This document shows, in pieces, positions 52,101-59,900 of a stretch of 64,000 bases of DNA (position 1 is the stretch's first letter; every line of letters begins with the position of its first letter). The notes beneath the pieces were generated by a model that was given only the letters and a program-made list of their open reading frames with translations, searched no databases and was not told the DNA's origin. The stretch lies in contig NC_091987.1 in assembly GCF_044704955.1 (NCBI RefSeq), positions 68,944,001 to 69,008,000 on the forward strand, given 5' to 3'. The stretch comes from Pristiophorus japonicus (lineage: Eukaryota). The translations under genes were made by a program, and so were the position numbers.

Positions 52101-52952
52101 TACTTCATCTGCCATGCATTTGCCCATTCACCTAACCTATCCAAGTCGCTCTGCAGCCTCACAGCATCCTCCTCGCAGCTCACACTGCCACCCAACTTAG
52201 TGTCATCCGCAAACTTGGAGATACTACACTCAATCCCCTCATCTAAATCATTAATGTACAGTGTAAACAGCTGGGGCCCCAGCACAGAACCCTGCGGTAC
52301 CCCACTAGTCACTGCCTGCCATTCTGAAAAGTACCCATTTACTCCTACTCTTTGCTTCCTGTCTGACAACCAGTTCTCAATCCATGTCAGTACACTACCC
52401 CCAATCCCATGTGCTCTAACTTTGCACATCAATCTCTTGTGTGGGACCTTGTCGAACGCCTTCTGAAAGTCCAAATATACCACATCAACTGGTTCTCCCT
52501 TATCCACTCTACTGGAAACATCCTCAAAAAATTCCAGAAGATTTGTCAAGCATGATTTCCCTTTCACAAATCCATGCTGACTTGGACCTATCATGTCACC
52601 TCTTTCCAAATGCACTGCTATGACATCCTTAATAATTGATTCCATCATTTTACCCACTACCGATGTCAATCTCAACAATTCGTGAATAATACATTGCTGT
52701 CAAAATGCCTAATACATGAAATTTTGTGGCAAATTAGATTTCACTATAAAAGGTTATGCTGCAATCAGTAATGGTAATATTTTTTAAACAAATGTATGTT
52801 TTACTAGGTTTGTTTGTGAGGGAACTATTGAGGACAAAATCTTTGAACTTCAGGAGAAGAAAAAGGAACTAGCAAAGAAGGTGCTGTCAGGAACTGGAGG
52901 ATCCTTTACCAAACTTACACTGGCTGATCTTCGAATTCTATTTGGTGTGTGA
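7074..52952 (+). CDS. TTF2: TTF2, 3' 14 coding exons: join(7074-7187,10445-10595,13481-13586,14009-14208,14489-14642,23669-23760,25007-25095,33707-33849,34459-34629,36302-36360,41979-42132,42773-42855,44238-44312,52808-52952); 5' exons lie upstream of the window
   Basis: Manually spliced 1736-nt open frame with consistent phases. SNF2 motifs [68 protein letters not shown]-terminus [13 protein letters not shown] matches the recalled vertebrate TTF2 end. Confidence 0.95.
7330..7405 (+). mobile_element. tRNA-derived SINE head fragment
   Basis: A-box-like region plus B-box GGTTCAAGCCC. Confidence 0.5.
7413..8410 (-). mobile_element. Internal fragment of a second CR1 family (RT N-terminal half)
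   Basis: ORFs 7483..7866, 7812..8144, 8068..8319 ([26 protein letters not shown]). Confidence 0.88.
8760..9778 (+). mobile_element. CR1 3' end interrupted by an RTE insertion
   Basis: [11 protein letters not shown]...[13 protein letters not shown]; resumes at ~9562 and ends in a ttctatga tail. Confidence 0.85.
9072..9561 (+). mobile_element. RTE-clade LINE 3' fragment
   Basis: [16 protein letters not shown]...RMPDTR...GGQRK; C-terminal CxxC...HLRTH. Confidence 0.85.
10445..10595 (+). CDS. TTF2: TTF2 exon (motif Ia, [14 protein letters not shown]...YHGP)
   Basis: acag|AT...GC|gtgag; phase 1/2. Confidence 0.93.
10856..11654 (+). mobile_element. Non-autonomous DNA transposon (MITE), probably Harbinger-type
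   Basis: TIRs GAGTTCAATTTTCC / GGAAAATTGAGCCC; homologous inverted copy at 17267-18118. Confidence 0.75.
12031..13440 (-). mobile_element. CR1 (second family) 3' portion, RT
   Basis: ORFs 12211..12660, 12638..12925, 12942..13199. Confidence 0.9.
13481..13586 (+). CDS. TTF2: TTF2 exon ([19 protein letters not shown])
   Basis: tatag|G...AAT|gtaag; phase 2/0. Confidence 0.92.
14009..14208 (+). CDS. TTF2: TTF2 exon (motifs [15 protein letters not shown]...[11 protein letters not shown])
   Basis: ttcag|GTC...AA|gtaag; phase 0/2; within ORF 13937..14212. Confidence 0.95.
14489..14642 (+). CDS. TTF2: TTF2 exon ([14 protein letters not shown]...LLLRRMK...GKPL)
   Basis: ttcag|G...CTG|gtata; phase 2/0. 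Confidence 0.94.
14982..15593. mobile_element. MITE related to the 10856 family
   Basis: Imperfect TIRs GGGTCCAATTTTCCAC / GTGAAAATTCAACCC. Confidence 0.55.
15890..16460 (+). mobile_element. CR1 3' fragment of the young subfamily
   Basis: [19 protein letters not shown]..., near-identical to the end of ORF 18322..21228. Confidence 0.9.
17267..18118 (-). mobile_element. MITE, inverted copy of the 10856-11654 family
   Basis: TIRs GAGCTCCATTTTCCCC / GGGGAAAATTGAGCCC; both subterminal regions are reverse complements of the 10856 copy. Confidence 0.78.
18322..21228 (-). CDS. CR1 ORF2p: APE endonuclease + reverse transcriptase
   Basis: LNARSI, GITETW, YRPP, MGDFN, SDH; RT motifs [23 protein letters not shown]; no stops. 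Confidence 0.95.
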   Translation of the reverse strand: MRKSVGQRNPRQRTKRATVQQNSKRTKGVNKTSLKALCLNARSIRNKVDELIVQIDVNKYDVIGITETWLQDDQGWELNIQGYSTFRKDRIKGKGGGVALLVKEEINAIVRKDISLDDVESIWVELQNTKGQKTLVGVVYRPPNSNRDVGEGIKQEIRGACNKGVAVIMGDFNMHIDWASQTGSNTVEEDFLECIRDGFLDQYVEEPTRGEAILDWVLCNERGLISNLIVRGPLGKSDHNMVEFCIRMENETVNSETMVQNLKKGNFEGMRRELARIDWRMILRRLTVDGQWQTFRDRMDEVQQLYIPVWRKNKKGKVAQPWLSREIRDSIKAKEVAYKLARNSSEPGDWEKFRTQQRRTKGLIRTGKMEYEKKLAGNIKADCKSFYRYVKRKRLVKTNVGPLQSESGEVITGNKEMADQLNKYFGSVFTKEDTNNLPDIKGVRGSSKEEELREIFISREIVLGKLMGLKADKSPGPDGLHPRVLKEVALEIADALTVIFQHSIDSGSVPMEWRVANVTPLFKKGGREKTGNYRPVSLTSVVGKMMESIIKDVIAVHLENGDMIGPSQHGFVKGKSCLTNLLEFFEDVSSKVDKGEPVDVVYLDFQKAFDKVPHKRLMCKVKAHGIGGSVLTWIENWLSDRKQRVGVNGYFSEWQAVTSGVPQGSVLGPQLFTLYINDLDEGIKCSISKFADDTKLGGSVSCEEDAIRLQSDLDRLGEWANAWQMKYNVDKCEVIHFGGKNRETDYYLNGDRLGKGKVQRDLGVMVHQSLKVGMQVQQAVKKANGMLAFIARGFEYRGREVLLQLYRALVRPHLEYCVQFWSPNLRKDILAIEGVQRRFTRLIPGMAGLTYQERLDQLGLYSLEFRRMRGDLIETFKILTGLDRLDAERMFPMLGKSRTRGHSLRIRGKPFRTEMRRNFFTQRVVNLWNSLPQKVVEANSLNIFKRELDEVLTTRGIKGYGEKAGRGY
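21306..22253 (-). CDS. CR1 ORF1p: CxxC..CxxC zinc finger/leucine zipper + SGNH (GDSL) esterase
   Basis: CSSC...CGKC, coiled-coil heptads, IGDSIVR, HIGTNDI, DGLHL. Confidence 0.92.
   Translation of the reverse strand: MAGELGRVLCSSCTMWELRDASGVPDDYVCGKCIRLQLLTVRVTELELRVDSLWSIHDAENDVSITCSELVLPQGKGPQPDREWKTSRKSRARKVVQGSPAVIPLQNRYTALGTVEGNDSSGEGSSSQVHGTVAGSAAQEGKKKSGRAIVIGDSIVRGIDRRFCGRNRDSRMVCCLPGARVKDVSERVQDILKWEGEQPVVVVHIGTNDIGKKRDEVLRNEFKELGAKLKSRTSKVVISGLLPVPRDSQSRNRRIAQMNTWLEQWCSREGFKFLGHWDRFWGRWDQYKPDGLHLGRTGTNVLGGVFASAVGEDLN
22421..22856. repeat. Tandem array of ~5 GC-rich 83-bp monomers at the LINE 5' end
   Basis: GGCCTTTATAGGCC recurs at 22464, 22547, 22630, 22713 and 22796 (period 83), near-perfect identity. 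Confidence 0.95.
23669..23760 (+). CDS. TTF2: TTF2 exon (VALPQR...[14 protein letters not shown])
   Basis: tgcag|GTT...AG|gtata; phase 0/2. Confidence 0.92.
25007..25095 (+). CDS. TTF2: TTF2 exon ([12 protein letters not shown]...DNPFNR)
   Basis: catag|G...G|gtaaa; phase 2/1. Confidence 0.9.
25310..26870 (-). mobile_element. Degenerate CR1 3' fragment interrupted by a MITE
   Basis: CR1 3'UTR/RT sequence on both sides of 25928-26547. Confidence 0.75.
25928..26547. mobile_element. MITE inserted in CR1
   Basis: TIRs GGGCCCAAATTTGATC / GATCAATTTCGGGTCCC. Confidence 0.65.
27033..30283 (-). mobile_element. Young CR1 copy, 5'-truncated within ORF1, ORF2 disrupted
   Basis: ORFs 28449..30137, 28151..28426, 27432..27932, near-identical to the full-length copy. 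Confidence 0.95.
31341..33230 (+). mobile_element. CR1 (second family) RT + 3' end with composite tail, nested in a GC-rich repeat (~30993-33600)
   Basis: [17 protein letters not shown] 32316..32819; tttctatg tails at ~33210 and ~33380. Confidence 0.85.
33707..33849 (+). CDS. TTF2: TTF2 exon (VAREFG...[21 protein letters not shown])
   Basis: ttcag|TA...ACG|gtaag; phase 1/0; tandem CAGTAG acceptor. Confidence 0.92.
34459..34629 (+). CDS. TTF2: TTF2 exon ([20 protein letters not shown]...KSTK)
   Basis: tatag|GCT...AAG|gtatg; phase 0/0. Confidence 0.92.
34800..36110 (-). mobile_element. Old SINE fragment followed by a degenerate L2-like LINE 3' region
   Basis: L2-type tail (taaggcagtatataaatacaagttg on -) and purine-rich degenerate RT-like sequence. 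Confidence 0.5.
36302..36360 (+). CDS. TTF2: TTF2 exon ([19 protein letters not shown])
   Basis: gccag|ATC...AG|gtaca; phase 0/2. Confidence 0.9.
36531..37231. mobile_element. MITE with 16-bp TIRs and 3-bp TSD (ATT), Harbinger-like
   Basis: att|GGCCCTGAAATTCCGG ... CCGGAATTTCAGTGCC|att. Confidence 0.8.
37798..40220 (-). mobile_element. RTE-clade LINE, 5'-truncated and frameshifted
   Basis: [43 protein letters not shown]; (GAT)n tail. Confidence 0.9.
40220..40900 (-). mobile_element. Second, more degenerate Harbinger transposase relic
   Basis: Frameshifted pieces [11 protein letters not shown] / [12 protein letters not shown] / FQAGTGNLCNI / [11 protein letters not shown]; the first two match the relic at 1-355. 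Confidence 0.55.
41979..42132 (+). CDS. TTF2: TTF2 exon (motif [13 protein letters not shown]...DGSV...FNTDPKGPQ)
   Basis: ctcag|T...CAG|gtacc; phase 2/0. Confidence 0.94.
42773..42855 (+). CDS. TTF2: TTF2 exon (motif [29 protein letters not shown])
   Basis: cacag|GTC...TG|gtaag; phase 0/2. Confidence 0.94.
43040..43323 (+). mobile_element. Solo LTR (284 bp)
   Basis: TGTAATGTAT...ATACATTACA inverted termini, internal AATAAA, flanks CACAC/CACAT. Confidence 0.7.
43330..43742 (+). mobile_element. CR1 3' fragment
   Basis: [17 protein letters not shown]..., cttatgttc tail. Confidence 0.88.
44238..44312 (+). CDS. TTF2: TTF2 exon (motif [19 protein letters not shown])
   Basis: ttcag|G...AG|gtaac; phase 2/2. 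Confidence 0.94.
45090..46600 (+). mobile_element. Penelope-like retroelement relic (RT + GIY-YIG), with a small CR1 tail inserted at ~45931-46020
   Basis: [26 protein letters not shown]; [12 protein letters not shown]; RFTEHLRSV. Confidence 0.82.
46700..47522 (-). mobile_element. RTE-clade LINE 3' fragment
   Basis: [30 protein letters not shown]...HLRTH; (GAT)n tail. Confidence 0.88.
47770..48437 (+). mobile_element. Old CR1 ORF2 fragment, probably continuing the relic at ~44790-45085
   Basis: Degenerate ANFNGMR...PW...KSPGPDG.HPRVL. Confidence 0.55.
48440..50530 (-). mobile_element. Degenerate APE-RT non-LTR element of a third family (5' half); related pieces at ~62060-62345 and ~63700-63850
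   Basis: [47 protein letters not shown]. Confidence 0.75.
50540..51005 (+). mobile_element. Old CR1 3' fragment
   Basis: LNYEERL...LYSLE; CR1-type 3'UTR. Confidence 0.75.
51281..52668 (-). mobile_element. Young CR1, 5'-truncated, open RT frame (434 aa)
   Basis: ORF 51374..52678, near-identical to the ORF2 C-terminal half at 18322. Confidence 0.95.
52808..52952 (+). CDS. TTF2: TTF2 terminal coding exon ([11 protein letters not shown]...[10 protein letters not shown])
   Basis: actag|G...GTG TGA; stop at 52950-52952. Confidence 0.94.
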
Positions 52953-53484
52953 GTCTCCAAGGAAAAACAGTCCTGAAAACTAATTGTCGAACATTCCAAC
53001 AAATTTTGTCGAGAGATTCTGTGTGTCCTTAAACTATAGAAAGGGGACCAGTTCAAACTTCCGGATGTCCTAAACATTTATGTCAAACATAATATGGATG
53101 TTAGTGTGTTAATATGATGGCTTTCAAAAACTTTATAAGTTCATAGGTCATTTATATATTTGGTGTGCGAGTTTTTTTGTTTCAAGAATGAAATACACAG
53201 GTACTTCAGCCCAGTCTGAAGCCAGATATTGTCTAAATGACTTGGGAAAATACAACCGAGGTAAGGAACTGAAATAATTTGTTTGGATCTTAGTCTGGCA
53301 AAAAGGGAGTGTTTTTTGTAAACACAAGGCTTCTTCATTTTTAACAGAGGTAGGAAAACAACTCCCCATGAAAATGAAGATTTACTTTATCAATGTAAAT
53401 ATGATTTCAGTTAAGTCAGACCGTTGCTTTCTTAACTTGGCATTTGTCATTTTTTATAACTGAATGTACAAAAGAATATTCATC

Positions 53485-53490
53485 ATTAAA
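53485..53490 (+). terminator. Candidate TTF2 polyadenylation signal (ATTAAA)
   Basis: ATTAAA about 530 nt after the stop, with TGTA just upstream and T-rich sequence downstream; not verified. Confidence 0.4.
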
Positions 53491-53774
53491 GTAAATTATT
53501 TTGACTCCTTTCTGCAGAATATTTTGGAAAAGACAGTTCTTTAATCAATCGGGCATTGGGAAAGAATGTGTGAATCATACAATGGATTAATGCACTGTCC
53601 CTGAGGTGGGTGAGTTTGAATCCAGCTCAGATTGCAATGGAAATCCCCCTTGCTGTTGTAAGGGCTCTTTGTGAAAGTAGTTTAGGCAGACTTGACGCAG
53701 TGGTTAGTGATTGTGGATGCATTGCCCAAAACCGCCAACAATTCGGCACAAAGTGAAACTAAATTATCAGTCTT

Positions 53775-55340
53775 AACATAAGAACATAAGAAATAGGAGC
53801 AGGAGTAGGCCATTCAGCCCCTCGAACCTGCTCTGCCATTCAATAAGATCAAGGCTGATCTTCTACCTCAGCTCCACTTTCTTGCACTGTCCCCATAACC
53901 CTGGATTCTCTTAATATCCAAAAATCTATCGATCTCTGCCTTGAATATACTCAACGACTGAGCTTCCACAGCCCTCTGGGGTAGAGAATTCCAAAGATTC
54001 ACCACCCTCTGTGAAGAAATTTCTCCTCATCGAAGTCCTAAATAGCTGACCCCTTATTCTGAGACTGTGACCCCTGGCTCTAGACTCTCCAGGCAGAGGA
54101 AACATCCTCCCTGCATCTACCCTGTCAAGCCCTGTAAGAATTTTGTATGTTTCATTGAGACCTTCTAAACTAGAGAATATAGGCCTAGTCTACTCAATCT
54201 GTCCTCATAGGACAATCCCCCCATCCCAGGAATCAGTCTGGTGAACCTCCCTCCATGGCAAATATTTCCTTCATTAACTAAGGAGACCAAAACCGTACAC
54301 AATATGGTCTCACCAGGGCCCTATATAATTGCAGTAAGATGTCTTTTACTCTTATACTCAAATCCTCTTGTAATAAATGCCAACATAACATTTACTTTCT
54401 TAATTGCTTGCTGTACCTGCCTGTTAACTGTGATTCATGTACAAGGTCCCTCTGAACACCAACATTTCCCAATCTCTCACCATTTAAAAAATACTCTTGC
54501 TTTTCTATTTTTCCTACCAAAGTGGATAACTTCACATTTCCCCACATAATATTCCATTTGCCATGTTCTTGCCCACTCACTTAGCCTGTCTATATTCCCT
54601 TGAAGCCTCTTTGCATCCTCCTCACAACTTACATTCCCACCTAGCTTTGTATCATCAGCAAACTTGGCTATATTACATTTGGTCCCCTCATCCAAATCAT
54701 TGATATAGATTGTGACTAGCTGGGGCCCAAGCACCGAACCTCGTGGTACCCCACTAATTACAGTCTGCCAACCCGAAAATGACCCGTTAATTCCTACTTT
54801 GTTTTCTGTCATTTAACCAATTCTCAATCCATGCTAGTATATTACCCCCATCCCATGAGCCCTAATTTTTTTTATAACCTCTTGTGTGGCACCTTATCGA
54901 ATGCCTTCTGAAAATCCAAATACACCACATCCACTGGTTTCCCCTTATCTATTGTGTTAGTTACAACCTCAAAAAACTGGAAGAGATTTGTCAAACATGA
55001 TTTCCCTTTCATAAATCCGTGTTGACTCTGCCCAATCCTATTATTCTTTTCTAAGTGCCCTGTTACTATGTCCTTAATAGATTCTAGCATTTTCCCTACG
55101 ACTGATGTCAGGCTAACTGGTCTGTAGTTCCCCGTTTTCTCTCTCCCTCCTTTCTTAAATAGTGGGGTTACATTAGCTACTTTCCAATCTGCGGGAACTG
55201 TTCTAGAATCTATTGAATTTTGGAACCAATGCATCCACTATCTCTATAGCCAACTCTTTCAAAACCCTAGGATGTAGGCCATCAGGTCCAGAGGATTTAT
55301 CGGTTTTCAGTCCCATTAATTTCTCCAGTAGTATTTTTTA
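53775..55340 (-). mobile_element. CR1 3' portion (RT), intergenic
   Basis: ORFs 54477..54812 and 54872..55234; (CATAAGAA)n tail. Confidence 0.9.
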
Positions 55341-56007
55341 TACTAATACTAATATCTTGATGGATAGCTGGTTAAGCTAGGTTCAAGGCACATTGTTGGA
55401 GCAAAGCAGAGGGAGGTTTATTTTAAACCTGCAATCTGAGAATGTTTCAGGGTGACATGGGATGGCTTAAATAAGGAAAAGTGTTCTATTCCACAGAACT
55501 AGCCCCCTTTCATCATATAAGCACAAGCGATTGGCAAAATGTAACTTTAATTAAAAATAATTGTGATTTGATCCAACCTTCGTTCTGTGGACCTCCATCT
55601 GAGTAATGGGAGCTTGATTTATATTCTATTTAAAAATGAAATGTATCATTGTGCTTCATTGCCATTGCCTACAGGGAATGAAATGGACAGGTATATATAT
55701 TTTTTTAATCTCTAGTTTATAGCTGTGATAAAATCTTAAAATTCATTATTCAAGTACAATCCAGAGAAATTCCAACTGTTAAGTCTTTCATTTGTTTAAA
55801 CTAGTACTTTTCAAACAGTTCTGTGTGGCAAATCATGCAAATATTCCACAGGACCATCAGTCCTGACTTATAAAAAGGTATTTGCTACCCAAAGGAAACA
55901 GATGCTGTCATGGTGGAAAAGATTTTTATTAGTATACAGCAAAATAAACATAAGTCAACAACTAGAGAGAGTCAATGAGCTTTGTGGTATCCCAGTTTAA
56001 AAACATG

Positions 56008-56532
56008 GGGGACGAAATTGCCCTGTGCCCCGATTGTGGGTGATAACCTGCTGAGGCCGAGACTTCCGCCGTGGATGTCCCGTTCCGGCTGCTGAATTAG
56101 GCTTACCGCCCCGCTCCACTTCCTTTAGGGGTGGTTCCAGCGGCGCTAACGGGGTGAGTTGTTCAACTCCACGTGAATACTGCACGTAGCGCTGACCTGC
56201 TTCAACGCCCCTCTTTGTCGCTTAAAGGGGAAGGCCTTTGCGCGCACTCCAAGGCCTCTGATGACCGCTGCTGGACCATCAGGGCAGCGTGGTGCCGGGA
56301 ACGGAGTGTTGGGCTGCACGATGGCTGCCCCGACCACGTGAGGGGAGTCGACCTGAAGTTGAACCAAGAGTTGGCAGAACATTAAAGATGGTGGCATGGG
56401 ACGATGGCGACCTCCCACAGCGTCTTCAGAAACTCATAGGCAATTTCCCAGGAGTCAGTAGCGCCCCCCCAGGGTGAAAAGTGCCTCCCGGAGGAGCTAA
56501 TAGGCCTCTCAAAAAGGGGCAATTTTGCCCCC
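56008..56532. mobile_element. MITE with 16-bp TIRs and 3-bp TSD (ATG), Harbinger-like
   Basis: atg|GGGGACGAAATTGCCC ... GGGCAATTTTGCCCCC|atg. Confidence 0.8.
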
Positions 56533-56890
56533 ATGGTTTCAGCATCATGTAATAGGTTGAATTTGTTGAAGTGCAGAATTATTTTTTGCTGACAGATTTA
56601 CTCTTAATAGCTGGTATTATGTAACCTGTTGCAATGTTCTCCATTTTATTGAATCCATAATACATGCATTTCCTGCAAGTTGACAGTTATCAGTGTTTAT
56701 GGACAAAAATTATTTCATCTGTTTGCAGTGTATACAGATTCTAAATAAATCTACTGGAATCGGTCTATTATTTAATGGCTTGCAAAGTGAAACCTAAAGC
56801 ATATTCAATTTTTATGAAGTAAGGAAATAATCATTATAAACAATTAACATCAAAACAAAATTAGTAACAAAAAGTCCATCCATGTCATTA

Positions 56891-56896
56891 TTTATT
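56891..56896 (-). terminator. Polyadenylation signal AATAAA of the VJ-C1 gene
   Basis: AATAAA on - followed by a T/GT-rich downstream element (acttttTGTTactaattttGTTTTgatGTT). Confidence 0.65.
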
Positions 56897-56912
56897 CAGA
56901 CCTTCCGAAACT

Positions 56913-56934
56913 CTACCTTCCAGAAGGACAGGAG
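56913..56934 (-). CDS. Short cytoplasmic exon (C)SCPSGR*
   Basis: ttgcag|C after a 99-nt intron, TAG at 56915-56913; an upstream aag acceptor would give a longer tail. Confidence 0.6.
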
Positions 56935-59900
56935 CTGCAATGGCACAAGAGCTTTTGAGAAATGAAATAGGACATATTAGAATTATGCTAATGTTTATTA
57001 CACATAAGCATGCTAAATAAATGTAGATCTTACCATTTACTTAGGAATCTGATGCAGATCACTACCATCAGTAACAAACTCATTCCCACACAGACAGTGA
57101 GGTAGCGTATCATTACTGGATCAAAACAGCCATCTGTAAATAGAGTACATAGGGTGAGGTCACCCTTCTGTGCTAATAGTTTGATAACCTGTTAATGCAC
57201 TCCTAAGAAATTATGTTGCTCCTTTATTTTTTAACTAAGGTATTTTAACTGGGTTAACACATTTATCAAAATAACAAATCCAGATCTGTCATAGATACCG
57301 TCAGGGCCGTCTCTTTCCCCTAAGTGATCTGAGGATCTTCTAATGGAGATGACTTATGCTACTCTAGATATTGTATAATAGCATAACCCATGTTGTAACA
57401 ATAGTCTCTGCTCGTGATCTGAACTTGCTTTTTCTTTTACGTGTGCTTCTTTAATCTTCTCCAAGCGAATGAAGCAAACATGGTGAGGCAAGGTCAGATA
57501 TGAATCGTAAAGCTGCTTTATGACATAGTAGGGAAAACAACAGATATGCTTTGATTCACTTAATTAAATCAGTTCAACTTATCTTCACGTATTAATACAA
57601 AATAAAACTACGCTTCCCCACATCAACAGTCTGTCTTACTGACTTTTTAAACAAAATGCCTTCCAACTATCCTCCAGCATTTCTAAACTCTCCGTCAGCG
57701 AAAACTCTTGCAGCTTTCTGTTTGAAAACCTGACTGACTGCCAGTGTCTCTGTCTCTGCTTTTATCTCCCTTTGTTGACAGAGATCAAAAATGGACAAAC
57801 TGTTTCAATGCGACACACTCCAACAGAGACAATTAGACACTATAGCTTGCAGGTTTTCAGCGTCTCAATCATCAACCAATCAATCTGACTGGCTGTATAT
57901 GATTTACTTCTCCTAACAATCAAGTGTAGGAAGATGAAAAACTTAAGATACTGGTCCAAAAAATATCAGTTGAACTGATTAAAATTTTATAGTATAAATT
58001 ACATTAATCTGGCAATTCTGTATTAACTAAAATCCTGTGATTCAGCATATTACTGCAAGTCATTATACCGAAACAGGCATTTGAAAAGTTCATAATTGTG
58101 TTTTTAGTTTGTCTTATTATAGATTAACAGCATATTTGTGTTGTTTCAGTTTGTAGATATGCAGTTAACTTGTGATTTTAAATGGAGAACCAATTGCCTT
58201 CCATGTATATGTGTCTGTATGGTTACCTATTAATACAGCATTAAATGATTTTCAATTGATTGATTTATGTACAAATCAAATACTGAATGAAATCTACCAA
58301 CATGTTACTTCAGAGCCCATTTCTCTTGCTGCCTGGCTGTCTATCCAACTCTCCATTTGCTTAGTCTTTTGTCTGGACTGTTGACCATCTCTTGGGTCAG
58401 TCCCAGTTACTGATTAGCTATCGCTGTGACCATGTTTCTGTCTGGTTCTCCCAATGCATGTTTATCAATGTCACTATTTGTCTATCTGGTAACTCATTTA
58501 TCTTCACTGCGACACTTGTGTCCTTATTAATTATAAATGTACAATATTAGAATCACATGTATATTCTAATTAGTTCTGCCCTTTGGTTATATTTATAAGA
58601 AACAAAACATTGTATTATATATAACAAAATCAGTGTAAAAGAAACTTGTTTTTAATTATAAGGAGTTATCCTATTTTATCATGTGATATATGCTGCAGTG
58701 TAATTTAATTAAGTAACACTTATGTCTTCAAAACTATTACATTAATATTCACATTAATTAGTTTAAAATTAGAAAGTCATTTTATGTTATACTCTAAATA
58801 GACTTACAGGTAGTACTTTAGTGTATTTGAGGGACTGAGTTAAACGTTAATTATTACCTGGGAGGACTTTTATGGTGAGTTTTGCTTGATTGGATATTAT
58901 GCAAGTATTAGTTGGAACTGATCTTGCTAGAAATGCTATAACTGTCCTTTAAACAGAATATGTAAAGCACAGTAGTAATATTTTATGAATGCAATTTGAT
59001 GCAAAGGAAGACGGTGCACACGGATTGGAGTCAATTGTTCTTTTGATGGGCATTTTCGAGCAAAGCAATAGAAAATTCCCATCAAAAGGTATGTTTATCT
59101 CTCGTTAGGGGCCGTTTAAAATACCCTGTTCCATGTGTAGTACCACGCTGTACTTTACTGATATACAGTGAAGTATGTATCAGATACTGACCACACATGG
59201 CTTATCAAAATAATGATAGCCCCACACTTGAAATTCAGACGGTAAAACTTGGGACATTTCACAAATAGGCATTGTTTAGCAAACCAACTTTATCTTTTCA
59301 TAGATCCAGTCAAATACTTGGAGGGCAAATGTTATCTGATAAAGATCGACCTGAAATACATTTTAACAAAGTCACAGTATCTCTTATATAAATACCCCGA
59401 GTATCCGCTCGCTAATAGGAATAGCCGTTAAAAATTGTCACCTTCCTACAGACCCCATTATTGTACAGACAACTCGACCTGATCTACTCTCACTACAGTA
59501 ACCCTTCCCTGAATCGAACGGTAGCACACGATGACTTTTTTAAATCTCTCAAAGTGTGTGTATCAATTTTACCATCTGTGCGTGACCCGAATACTAATGT
59601 GCCTTTTCCACTCATGCATAAAACATTCATGTTTGGCATTCCACTGGTTGGATGTGGAGTAACTGGGAGCAACGAGCTGTGGGATTTATTCCCTCTGTGA
59701 ACAACTTACCTCCGCTGTCACTGAAACTTTTCCTCACTGACCCTTTGACTGTAAGGTGTTGAACCTGGCAGGTGATGGCGGTTCCCGGGTCCCAGCGAGT
59801 GTCTGTAATCCGCAGCCGGGAGCTCAGGTTGTAGGTGCCGTCACTGTTTACTTTCAGGGAGCCCGGTTCTGTTTGATAGGAGACATCTCCCGCGACAATC

